Assembly: GCA_919902675.1 (NCBI GenBank)
Contig: CAKKRH010000020.1
Location: 5,110 to 69,109 of the forward strand
Direction of reading: 5' to 3'
Length of the DNA stretch: 64,000 nucleotides
Origin: Omnitrophica bacterium GWA2_41_15
GTDB taxonomy: Bacteria > Omnitrophota > Gorgyraeia > Gygaellales > UBA12090
Part shown: positions 1-12,000 of the stretch, one piece after another
How the letters are laid out: each line of letters begins with the position of its first letter
How positions within the stretch are numbered: position 1 is the first letter of the stretch
The notes under the pieces: generated by a model
Databases searched by the model: none
Told to the model about the DNA's origin: nothing
What the model saw: the letters and a program-made list of their open reading frames with translations, nothing else
Program-made: the position numbers and the translations under genes

Positions 1-3000
1 GCCAGCGCTATATTATTAAGCATGATGACGACAGGCTCGCCGTGGGATGGGCTTATCTGCGTCTGGGATATGTATACAAAAATTCGCTGAATGACGAGGA
101 ACGGGATGAGGAGCGAAGCTGCTATATTAAAGCCTATAACAACTTTCAGGCCGAATATCTTGACAGCGTCAATTTGGAGACAAGAAGTAGAATGGATAAT
201 GGCATCCAGGCAGTTAAAAGAGCCCTGAGGATAAAAGACGATTGTGGGGCGGAGGCGGTTAAAGTAACTGCTCTTTTCAGCCAGGATGTTTATGGATTAA
301 TCAAGTTTAACCTGGAGCCGTTCTTGAGGGTTATGCGCGCGCTGATTACGGATGAGCTGATATACGGCATAATAAAGTCAGGAGAGTTTGATTTAGCTGA
401 ATTTAGCGATGCTTTATGGCAGCGTAAAGAGAAGGGGTTTTCTGACATGGAAAGTAGGATGGCTTATGGAGCGGGGGCAGCGCTTTTTGAGCCTTGGGAC
501 CTTTTTCATGCAGTGCTTGGTTATTTGGACAGAGCTAAGGGGGAAGTTCTTGGCGGGATTGTCTGGATAGAGATAATGGTGGCTCCGGAAGGGGTTAAAA
601 AGGGAGTCCCGATTTGGTGTAGGATAGCAGACAAAGATAGGCCGGCTATAGAAGGTTTCGTTGAGAGTATGGATATAGGGGAAAAATACTTTGTGTATGT
701 TTATATAGGAGAGATGGGTAGACAGGTAAAGCAGCAGGCGTTGTCTAATCTTTCGGCTGGGAAAGGCAATCCCCGCGCGCTTATGAAACATAAAGGAAAA
801 GCTTCTTCAGCAGTTAATGGCTCTGCTATGCAGAAATGGAATGATTCTATTTCTGCGAATCACGGCGGTCTGTCTATCGGTGAGGCCGGCAGCCCGCTGG
901 GGGAGGAAGGCGTTATTTTGGGGCTGCGCTGTCAGTCTTTTGCCGATATTCCTATTTTAAGGAAATTGCCGATTAACATGATTGAGCTTAATCAATTCCC
1001 TCAGGGTGAAAGGCTTGTAATTCCTAAGGGTAACGGCTTTGAGGCGGTAGAAAAACATTTTATTGAGCTTAAAGAATTTATAGATGAAGAACAATTAACT
1101 TTACAAGTACATTTTCCCTTTCGGTTTGATGGCGAAGATAGAGAAATATCTATTGGGAATGTGGAAGACCATGAGCGTATTGTAGGATATCTTAGGTGCT
1201 GGGAATTAATAAGAAGGAAACTTTCCTTATCTGAGGAGTTAATTTTTACACTCCACCCTCCTTCAGGAAGACGAGTGGACCTGAAAGAAAAAATAAATCC
1301 AGACATGTTGCTTTCTAATGCCAATATATTATTGATGTGGCTTGGTGAGATCATTGAGGAAGAAGGCTGGGACATCAGGATTGGAGTAGAAAACCTCCCC
1401 GGCCCATTCATCAGTGATTTTTGGTTTTTAGGTAATCAAATAAAGGATTTTAGGCGCATGCTTGCGAATACCAAAGAGTGCATAGGAATAACCATTGATT
1501 CCGGGCACAGCCTTTTAACGCGCGACGCTTTGAATTTATACACTCTCTCTCGATTTGCCAAAGATGAGGGGAAAAGGATTATTACCATTCATTTTCATGA
1601 AAATAAGGGGTTAGGACGCGCCAAGAAAAGAAATCTGATGGAGCTTGACCTGCATGAATTCCCAACACGAAAAGGCCTGTCTGTATTTGATGAATGCCTG
1701 CGTCTTGCGGTGAAAGGAGTGCCGCTTACTTTAGAAATAGATATATCAAAGTACACGATTCCTGCTTTATACGCTTTGATTGATGATTTGTGGAAAGAGC
1801 TCAAAGCCTGCGATTCCGAAAGCTCTCCTGTCGGCGAGAGCAGCAGCCCTGTGGGGAGAGAGAAAAAAACTATCGCTGTCCCTATTTTTATAGTTTATTT
1901 TGCATCGGCTTCCTCTTCTTTAGGCGGTTCGCTGAAGCAGCTGCGGATTGTTTATGAGAAACTATTTTACTCTTCAGATAGTAGAGAAAGACAGCAAAAT
2001 TTCCGGACAATAGATGATGTTAAAAAGTCGCAAGAGGAAGACGCGCGGTTGTTAAAATTAAGTATTGCAACCTTGACAGAAGAAAACCAGAAAAAGATTT
2101 CAAAGCTATTGCCGGTTATGCGCAAGATTGATTCACTTGAGAAGGATTTAATCGGGCTCTCGGATGACCAACTAAAGGCAAAAACAAAAGAATTTAAGGC
2201 GCGATTTAAGAATGGGGAAACTCTTAACCAACTTCTCCCTGAAGCTTTCGCGGCGGTCAGGGAGGTGTTCTTGAGATTGACAGGAAAGCGGATTTACAGC
2301 GTGCAAATGCTTGGAGGGATCGTCATCCATCAAAAAAAGGTCGCGGAAATCAAAACAGGCGAGGGCAAGACTTTTGTGGCTATGCTTCCGGCTTATTTGA
2401 GGGTGTTGAGCGGACAAAAAGTCCATGTTATTACCCATAATCAATATTTGAGCACCAGGGATTTTAAAAAAACAGAACCTCTCTATCAATTCCTGGGAGT
2501 AGCGGTAAGCCTTAGAGTTGACAGCCGCAAGTGGAAAATCTTGAGGAAAATCTATGAGGCAGAGATCTTGTTTACTACGATAGAAACGGGATTTGATTTA
2601 ATGGCTGGAATTATTTCTCCGTCTCTATTGAAGAGCGTTTTTGCCATTATTGATGAAGCTGATTATTCCCTGATTGATTTAAATAACAATTCCTTAGTTT
2701 TTGTGCGAAAAGAAGGTGTCAATAGAAAATATTTTAAAATTATTAAGAAGATATCCGCGGAGATGAAACAGGGGCCGCATTATAAAATAGAATCCAGGTA
2801 TCAGGTCTTGTTGACAGAAGCCGGCGAAAAGTTTATTGCTGAATCTTTAGGAAGATTTAATTATCCATGGCTGAAAGGATATGAAACTGAAACCGAGCTT
2901 TTAATTCAAACCTATCTTGCGGTAGGGCTGCGTCATCAAAAAGGGATTCATTATTTGATCCATGGCCGCCAGGTTGTTCCTATTGACGAGTTTACGGGGC

Positions 3001-6000
3001 GCCTTAAAGAAATGCATCGATTCGGATTATATGTGCATCAACTTATTGAGCTAAGAGAGGGCGTGAGGGTTAGTGGAGATGAGCATTTTTTAATGTTGCC
3101 CGCGCCGGTGTTTTTTGATTATTATAAAGAAAAAGGAGGAATGACCGGCACGATTGATTTTCCCGTCGCGCGCCGTGAATTATCTAAAATTTGCGGAATT
3201 TTCGATGTTGCTGTTCTCCCGACAAGATATCCCAGCCAGAGAATGGATTTACCTCCAAGGGTTTTTTTAGATGAGCAGAAGCGAGATGTTAGTTTGGTGA
3301 GAAGAATTGAGGAGTTGCGCGCGCAAGGAAACCCGGTTCTTTTAATCACCCAATCTGTGAATGAATCCGAGACGTTGGAACGTTTATTGAAGGAGCGGAA
3401 GCTCCCTTGTGAGATTCTCAATGCTGAAAATGAATGTGAAGAAAATAAAATAATCCACCAGGCAGGAGGACAAGGGCAAATAACTATTTCAACTAATATG
3501 AGCGGCCGCGGAACGGATATTGTAATCAATGAGCAGGTAGCAGAAAAAGGCGGCCTTGCGGTGCTGATTACATTTAGGAGCGGCATAAGCCCGCGATTGG
3601 ACTATCAGGCAATGGGAAGGGCCGCAAGACAAGGTCAGCCTGGCAGCACGCAGTTTTTCCTTTACCTTGACCCAGCGTTAGTTGGTTTTAAGGAAGGCGA
3701 TTTCAAGATGCATGCGCAGGGAGGTATAGATTTAGAACAGCATCCTTATGTTTTGAACCTGATTGACAATCAGCAAATGTTGGCGGAAGAAGCAATCTTT
3801 AAAAATCATCTTACGCAATTTATGCTGGATTATAGCCTTTATTTGCAAGAAAGATTTAATCACACATTTAAAAATTCGATTATGGATTTCTGTCACGATT
3901 ATTTTTCTAAAAATGACAGGCCTTATAACGATGTGTATCCCTCGGAAGTGGGGGAATCTTTAGAGTCCGCCTGGAGGGGCTTTCTTTATAGAAGACAGAT
4001 ATATTTAACCTATTTTGATACTCAAATTTATACGAATAAGACGTATAAGGAATTCAATGACCGAATGAGTAAGTTTTTGGAAAAATCATTGTTTGAAGCA
4101 AAGCATATAAAGAAAATTCTGGCTAAAGAAGAGGAAATAGATCAAGAATTGAAGAAGGCATGGAAAGAAACGACAGAACAATTTGTAAGGACTGAAGCTT
4201 ATATTCTAAAAGGTATAAAATTGCCAGATGAACCGCCGGATAAAATAAGATTAGAATATCGTTACCGAGAGGTTTCAAGTTCGCCGTGTTTCATTCAAGT
4301 GTCAACGCAAGGGGATTTGAAGCTGAATTTCCGCGGCCCACTTAAGGAAAGGGAACTCGTCTCATTTTCGCCTAGTTTAAGTTCACAGCTCGCAGTTGGA
4401 GAATTTCCGGTTAAATTCAAAGCTTTGCTCATAACTTGTCAGAGTGTAGTCAAAAAGCTGATCAAGTCCTTCCATAGTCTGAATATGGAAGGACTTGATA
4501 TTGGCTCAAAACAAGACAGGTGTTATCCTGTGTCGGATGTAACTTTAGAAACTAAAGAAGCTGTTGATTTGACTAATGATAAGGCCGGCAGCCCGCTGGA
4601 AGGCTCTTTAGCCGCGTTGCCTTCGGCAGAGACAAATAAGACAAAAACAGCCTTAGGGGCGGTCTTAAACACCATGACTAGTAATAGCCCAGTCAGCCCG
4701 GCAAGAGTGGAGAAAGGCTTGCTTTATATCAAGTTTGACTATGCCCCGCGGGTGGACTGCACCTTAGTCAGAAGGTTTAAATTAAGCCAATCTTCAGTGC
4801 ATTTTCTGTTGCCTGTTGGCCGTAGAAGCCTTAAACCCGCGGAAGTCGCATCACTTGTTACTAACAAAGGCCCGCCCCGGCTTATTTTAAAAGCGCTCAG
4901 CTTAGCTTTTAATGACCAAAGCCTGTTTCTGTCAGTATTAATTATCCCGCCTGATTTTATCCCCGCGGCCCATTGGGCTGTTTTTGGACGGATGAAGCCT
5001 CTTATTGTCTTATCTGTCTATTATTGTCTTTTCTCCCGGACACAAATACAGCACAAAGAAGAAGAAAACCTCAGTTTATCTTCCTTGTCAGTTCGTCCTG
5101 GCAGCAGCCCTCTTGGGCAGAGTTTATCAACGTTTTTAAGGGATTTAAAGATCAGATTTAAACCCCTGTTTGGCGCGCATGCGCACGACTCAAAGCCCGC
5201 CCGGTCATATATCCTTGCTACGCACATGCAGGGCTTTGAGGATATGGATGTTATAGGAGAATTGCCGGTTAACGGGATTGAGATTAAGTTTGATGAATTT
5301 ATAGGCCGGGAGGCTTTATACCGCTGGTCTGACGGTTTTGTTGAGAACAAGCCTAATATGTCCAGGCTAGCCTGTTTCCTTAAGAAAAATAATTTAAAGG
5401 CCCAGGCGCATTTTCCTAAGCAGCTTGCCATTGAAACGGTAGACGGATGCATAAAGAAACTGTCTCTTGCCAGGAGCGAAGACCATAGTTATTTCCTGCG
5501 GTATTTTGAATTCTTGGAGGCTATAAGGAAAGAATATGAGTTGGCCTCGCGTTTAATTGTCACCCTGCATCCCCCGCGCCGCGTCTTGGATATGACCGTC
5601 AGAGAAATGCTTTCCGGTTTCAATATATTCCTTAAAGTCCTTGGAGAAAGAATAGAAAAAGAGCGATGGAATATTATTGTCGGCGTTGAGAATATGCCCA
5701 ATAGCTGGAATTGGCCAGCGGGAAATTCACCTGGACATTTTGAGATTATGCTTAAAGATACCGCGGAGTGCGTTGAGCTAACCTTTGATACCGGCCACGC
5801 GCTTTTAACCGGCCACGCTTTAAGCGACTACCTAATGCTGGCAGAAAAGATGCAGAAACGAGTCGTTAATATCCATTTTCACTCCAACGACGGTGATTAC
5901 GATGATCACCTTTTTCCGGATAATGTTAGGATTAATTATTTTGATAGCATCGCCGCCATGGCGTTAGAAGGGGCCTCTTTAAATATCGAGGTATTGTTCA

Positions 6001-9000
6001 GTTTATACAAGAAGAAGGAATTGATTCATCTTTTTAGCGTCTTGGATAAGCGTTTGTGCCAGGGCGCGAATGACCGGCAGGGACGGCTGACAAAAACTAA
6101 TGGTTCAATTTATTCTAACTCCGGCAGTCCGTTGGAAAGATGGACGCTGTTTCCGATTGCCCCGCTGGCAGGGCTTATTTTTGAGGCAGGCCAAAGAAGC
6201 GGGAATTATAAGCACTTTGTTATCGGAGCTATGGTAGGTTTGTTTTGGGCGGGGGTATCTTTTTGTCTTAAGTTGATTTTAAGAAATGAATCTAACCGCA
6301 GACAGTTTTTTGCAGGGCTTATCTTTGGTATGTATGCCCTATTGCATTTACAAAGCGCTCTAACGGCAGGTAATATTTTAAGCAGGATTGGCGGATTTAT
6401 AATCTTTTATATCCTTTCCTATAAGCTTCTTTTTCCAAAGCCAAGCCCGGCCGCGGACAGGCCCGATACTGGGAATACCGCGGCTAATCAAAACCATAGC
6501 GGCAAGGATAACGATAAGCCGCAAGGAAATGTCTCAAGCTCTATGGTATTGTCCAAACTGGCAATGGGGGATGATGCCGGTATCCAAGAGCAGGCGCAGA
6601 TAATTAATTCCATCGTTGAGGACATAAAACACGGCAGGCTGAGTAGGGAGAGTCTTACAAAAGAGCTTCTTTTGGCGATAGAAGGCGTTATTAGGGAAGG
6701 CCTGCCTTCCCAGGAGGTGGCCGGGAAATTTATCCGAATTTTAAACGGTGAACCCCTGATTAAGATTAAGCTGAAGGATTTTAATTCTAATAATTATAAT
6801 AAAATCGAGGAGAAGCGCGCGTTCGTAAAGATAGAGGTTTTGAATTTGGGAGATGAATTGGGATTTAAAAGGAAAGATGAAACCGCGATGCCGCTTTTTA
6901 CCGCCGCTATCCTAAGCCTCGAGCCGTCAACGGATTTGTGCTTGAGGATATTCCTGACTCGGGCCTTCGCGCGGGAAAGCAGCTATTCTCCGGAGATAAT
7001 TACCCAGGCGATTACGCATACGTTGAGTAAATTCCTGGGGCATGTTAACCTTCAGGCGGTCCTTGAGGAGTCCAGGTATAATAAAAATGGCAGGGATAGA
7101 ATTTTCAGCACTCTTGGCCGCTGGATTATCTGGTACGCGGCAGAAAGCAGGCGCTATGATTATTTGCTGGGCCTGCTTAAGCCCTGGAATAAGGAAGAAA
7201 GCCATAGCGTCAGGGCTTTAAGGACAAATAACTCGGTTACAGAGGAACATATTAAGTTCCTCATTGCGCAGGCCAAGGAATTATCTTATAAGACCGCCAG
7301 GGAGGCGGCTATTGCCTTATTGGCCTGCGCCGAGCCGAAGTATTTACTGAAGATGTCAAGGATATATTCTTTAGGCCATGACGGCTTTCATACCTTAGAT
7401 GACAGAATGAGCATCTTATCCGTCATAAAAATCTTAAACGGAACTTATGAAAACCTGCAGGCCTATCTTGTACCTATCGGAAACAGGCCTATGCCGAATG
7501 TAAGCATATATATTCTTCCTATTATCTTTAACGTCTTAGACAAGAAAGAAGGCCGGGCTTGCGAAGATACGCTTTTTAAGATCTTAGAATTTATTTATTC
7601 ATTTGAGCGGGGAGTTAGTTATTCAATTCCTGATTTTAATAAAGAGGTTATCCTGGGATCGTTGCGTATGGCCGCCATAGCTAAGGACGGTAAAACTCAA
7701 GATGCCGCCTGTAAATTATTTCATCTGCTTAACCGGAAATTGAACTCCTCTTCTTCGGCAGTTCAAGTTAGCCGTTTAGGCGGTTTAGGGATTTTGCCAA
7801 AGGCGCTAAATGGCCAGCTTTTCGGGGTTTCTTCATCTTTAGATGAAGAGGTGGATTTCTCTGACGGCCTGGGCCGAATAAGCTTTGGGGCTCAAACTAA
7901 GCCGCAAAGGATGGTCCTTATCAAAGATGGGTTAGAAAGCATTCTTAATGCTATGCCGGAAAATATTATCGCGGATTTGAAGCTGAATGTTCTTGCTGGA
8001 AAAGCCAAGATAGAAGTAATTTACAAAGATAAATTAGAGCTAAGCGGTATGCTTAAGAATAATGATAGGATATGCCTGAATATAGGCAAAGACGTCTTGC
8101 CTAAGAAATCCGATAATTTTGATTTGCTTTTACTATGGGATTTGCTGTCTGAAGGAATAGCTTCTTTAATGCTTAGAGATTACAGCGAGTTGAAGCAGGC
8201 GTCCCGGACTAATGAGAACGCCTATTTTAAGATAGGGCTGGTCAAGGCCCTATTGAATTATAAGGCCTATCTGCCTTTTTATCATAAGGCGCTTTATAGG
8301 CAGGTCTGGTTCCCTAACAATTACTGGAACAGAAAGACGCCTAACGAGAGGCAGGAACTTGAAGATAGGTATCTTAAGGCATTAAACGAGAATACCAGTG
8401 AGATGTCCGGCATTTATCAAGGCGATATATTCTGTAATGTTATGGGCGATGACGAAGCTATGTTTATAATAACCGAGTATATCCATATCCTTTCGAAGAA
8501 CCCGTTATTTAACGAAGATGTCATTGATAACATTATCAATAAGATTAGCGGACTGGATGTTTTAAAAAGGGTCAGCCTTGCTCGGATAAGGAACGTATAC
8601 AAAGAATTCTTCTTTAACGGAATAATCAGCCTGCCCGCGGGCGGTAATACCTTTGAGGATAGGTATTTTTTAAATAATTTTGACCATACCTCATATGTGT
8701 CCGGGTTAAAGGAAATCCTGCTTGCCGCGCGGGAGAGGAATGTTTTTTACCCCGGATTACGCCGGCTTATCAGTTATTTTCTCCCTTTAGGGGAAAAGGA
8801 TTTGGATGAAGAGATAGAGGTTTTATTTAAAGATGATGATAAGTTCTTTTCTCCCGCCAGGGAAGAGGCCATAAAAAGGGCAATCGGTGAAATATTCATC
8901 CGCCGTTTAGGCGAAAAAGCGCTTAGAGGCGTAATGAAATTCCTTAGCGGAGACAGAAGCCTTTATTCTATACCCTATCTGGACATATTACCCATAACCT

Positions 9001-12000
9001 TGAATAAAGATGACAATGCCGACGATTACGGATCTTTAGGAAACGTGTCTTTGGCAGATACCGGTTATAATTTTTTCCCCGGACAAGAAAATGATGAAGC
9101 TGTTGACTGGGTGAGCCGCTTGTTTCTGGTTTTGCCTAAAACAGGCGCTGGTAACGACGATTATATAAATTCCGGTTCGCCTTTGTTTAAAGAAAGGGAT
9201 GCTTATAATTCCGGCAGCCCGGTCGGGTCGGTTAAAATCAAGCTTTTGCAAGATAAATACAGGAAGGCGAAAAATCTTCTTACAAATGACAGTTTTCTTA
9301 ATTCTATGGAGATTTTTGAAGGCATGCGCAATGAATTAAAACGCGCGGAAAAATACGAAAAACTCGGTTTAACCGCGATAACCTTAAAGTGTAAAGTTGA
9401 AAATGGCCTGCGGGAAATAGAGGAGAATAAAAAGATGGAGGGGCTTAAGCGGCAGGTGAAAAGAGAGCATCTTAAGAAAGAACTTAACAGGAAATGGAAA
9501 AGCCCTAAAAAGGAAGCAAGTGATGTCCGTAACGCGCGTAAACACTTGAATGCGGATGTCTCTGGTCCAGGGAGCAGCCCTGTAATTTCAAAGGGATGGC
9601 AAATTATCGCGAATCAGGAGTTTGACGGTATTCGAAAAAAGTTAGCTATGATTCGCATGGAAGAAGAAAGAATCCACCCAAGCAATTCGAAAATAATGAT
9701 TAAGGGTTTTAGGTTAGTTACGGCAAAAAGGGGTAATTTTTCGAGCAATCAACAGGAACTGCTTCTTTCTAAGAAGATAAATTCAGAATTAGTTATACGG
9801 GTAGACCCCGGAGAATTTGTATATGCTGAACTGCGTAAAGGGCAGCGCGCGGCTATTTATTCACCGGATCATAATCAATGCCAATCTTGCTCATTTACCG
9901 CCCAAAGAGGGAACGCGATTATTATTGGCCACGCGCATTTAAGGCCGTATAGGTATCGAAAGATGATGACGCCGGTATATGAACAATACCTATGGCTTCT
10001 AGATTTTATATGTAACAGCGAGAATAAATTTAAAAACGCGCAAATCGCGTTAGCGTTAGACAGCCGTATGGAAGGGATCCGGGAGAAAATTACCATAAAA
10101 GACTTTGAAAAGGAAGCCTTGAAAAGAGGAATTAAGGTTTTTCCGGTGCATACCCGGCAGGCAGAGAAGAAAGGTCAGGACCTGTTTTGTGCTACGCTTG
10201 TGCGGCGGAAAGGCGTTTATATTTCATTGTCCAGTGATGAAAATGAAGGCATAGGATATTTAAAGATACATTGGCTTCGTAGAGTAAATGAAGAAGGAAA
10301 GGCTGATTCCTTAGGCAGCAGCCCGCTATTTAGAAGGGAGATTGAAAAGACGGCAGTTGCCCGCCACGTTCCTAATCTTGAACATAATAATTTCCGCGAA
10401 GCATCTTCCGCGGTAGCAAATGATCAGGTTTTAAGGGAATTAGAGGAACGGGCAGAATATATTTTAAGTTTAGGCTCTGATATGAAGAGACTAAGCAAGA
10501 AAGAATTAAGTAAAAAAGTGGACGGTTCTATTTGTTTGAGCAGCCCGCTGGGGGAGGAAGAAAATGACCGCTGTCCATATTTTAATCATTTGGTATCTTC
10601 AGAGATAGAAGGCGCAGGCAGCCCGATAGAGGAGGAATTACGCGAATCACTCTCTAGAGTTATCAGCGGTATAAATAACCCCTCACAAGCAGGATTAAGC
10701 GCTTCCGTAGATAGTCTTTGCGAGCTCTTGTTGGATCCGCAGTTAGGCCATCCTGGGATAACCCGCTTTTTTGATTGCCTTTCCAGGGCCCTTGATATGG
10801 CGGCAATCAAAACAGATTTATCCGCTTTAAAGAATAGAATATTAAAGCTTATTACTAACACCCTGGCAGAAAGGATTAAACTCTTGCCTCGCGATTCCAA
10901 TGAATATCCGCGCTGTGCGCATATCCTCTTTTATTTGACTCTGCCGTATGTCAAAATAGCGCTCAAGATAAAAAATACAGGTTTTCTCGATAAATTAGCC
11001 GGAGAATTTTATCTTACTTTCTTAAAGTGTGTGGATAATTATGATGAGCAAAAAGGCGCGCCTTGCGTTGCCTATTATATCAGCGCGCTGGAGAAAAATA
11101 AGAAGAGGAGAAGGTTTAATGCTCCTGTTTATGTTCAAGATTCAGGGGGAGATTATGGCGCTAAAGAATATTTTTTTGAAACAGTAACCGAAGAAAAGAG
11201 TAAAAATGAATACATTAGCCAACTCCGCCAGGGAAAGGAGATGGTTATTGACCAGGAAGAAATTAACATCCTGTCAGACGAGCTGTGGGGAAAAATCAAG
11301 GAAGGGATAAGAATTTTCTTGGATTTAGGGGAAGAAAGGGTGCCTTGTTTTGATATAAGCTTATTAGAAGATTGTTATAAAGTAATCAATGAATTCCGCA
11401 CCAAGAATAGAAAGTTTGATTGGGAGCTGATAATAGAAAAATTGGCTAAAACTAATATTCAAATAGCCAGACAGAGGGATTTTCTGAAACATAAAGTTTT
11501 TAAGGGTATAGAGTATCAATATGATGGGATAAATAATCAAATGACCATCCGCTTTACTAAAGACGGAAAGGATTATATACAGACTATAGATTTATATGAC
11601 GGAAATCATAGTAATAATCAGAATGGCGGCGAATATTTATGCGGCAGTAATGTAAAAATTGGAAACGCAGGCAGTCCGCTTGATGAAAAGGAATCTTTCC
11701 CATTTCACAGGGCATTTTCTTTGGTCAGACAAGCCTTCCGGCATTCGGCGGGATATTTTAAGCCTAAAGGAGGCGGGAATGAAGCGGACCGCAGTTTTCC
11801 CTCTCCGGAGGATATTAAAGCAAAACAAGGGGAAGAATGGGGGTTGTTAGAGGAGAGTATCAAAATACTGACGCCGGAAAATCAAACTAAAATTGCAGAG
11901 CTCTTGCCGATTATCCGCGAAATTGACTCTCTGGAAGAGGGCTTGAGCCGGATTTCCGATAATGAGCTTAAAAATAAAACAAATGAATTTAAATCACGGT

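Noticed and set aside
10998-11115. Sigma-70 region-2-like stretch in the giant protein ('FLKCVDNYDEQKGAPCVAYYISALEKNKKRRR')
   Set aside because: There is only a loose resemblance to the 'yd...g..F.tYa...I' pattern. No region 4 or other sigma features are nearby, which is too weak to call.
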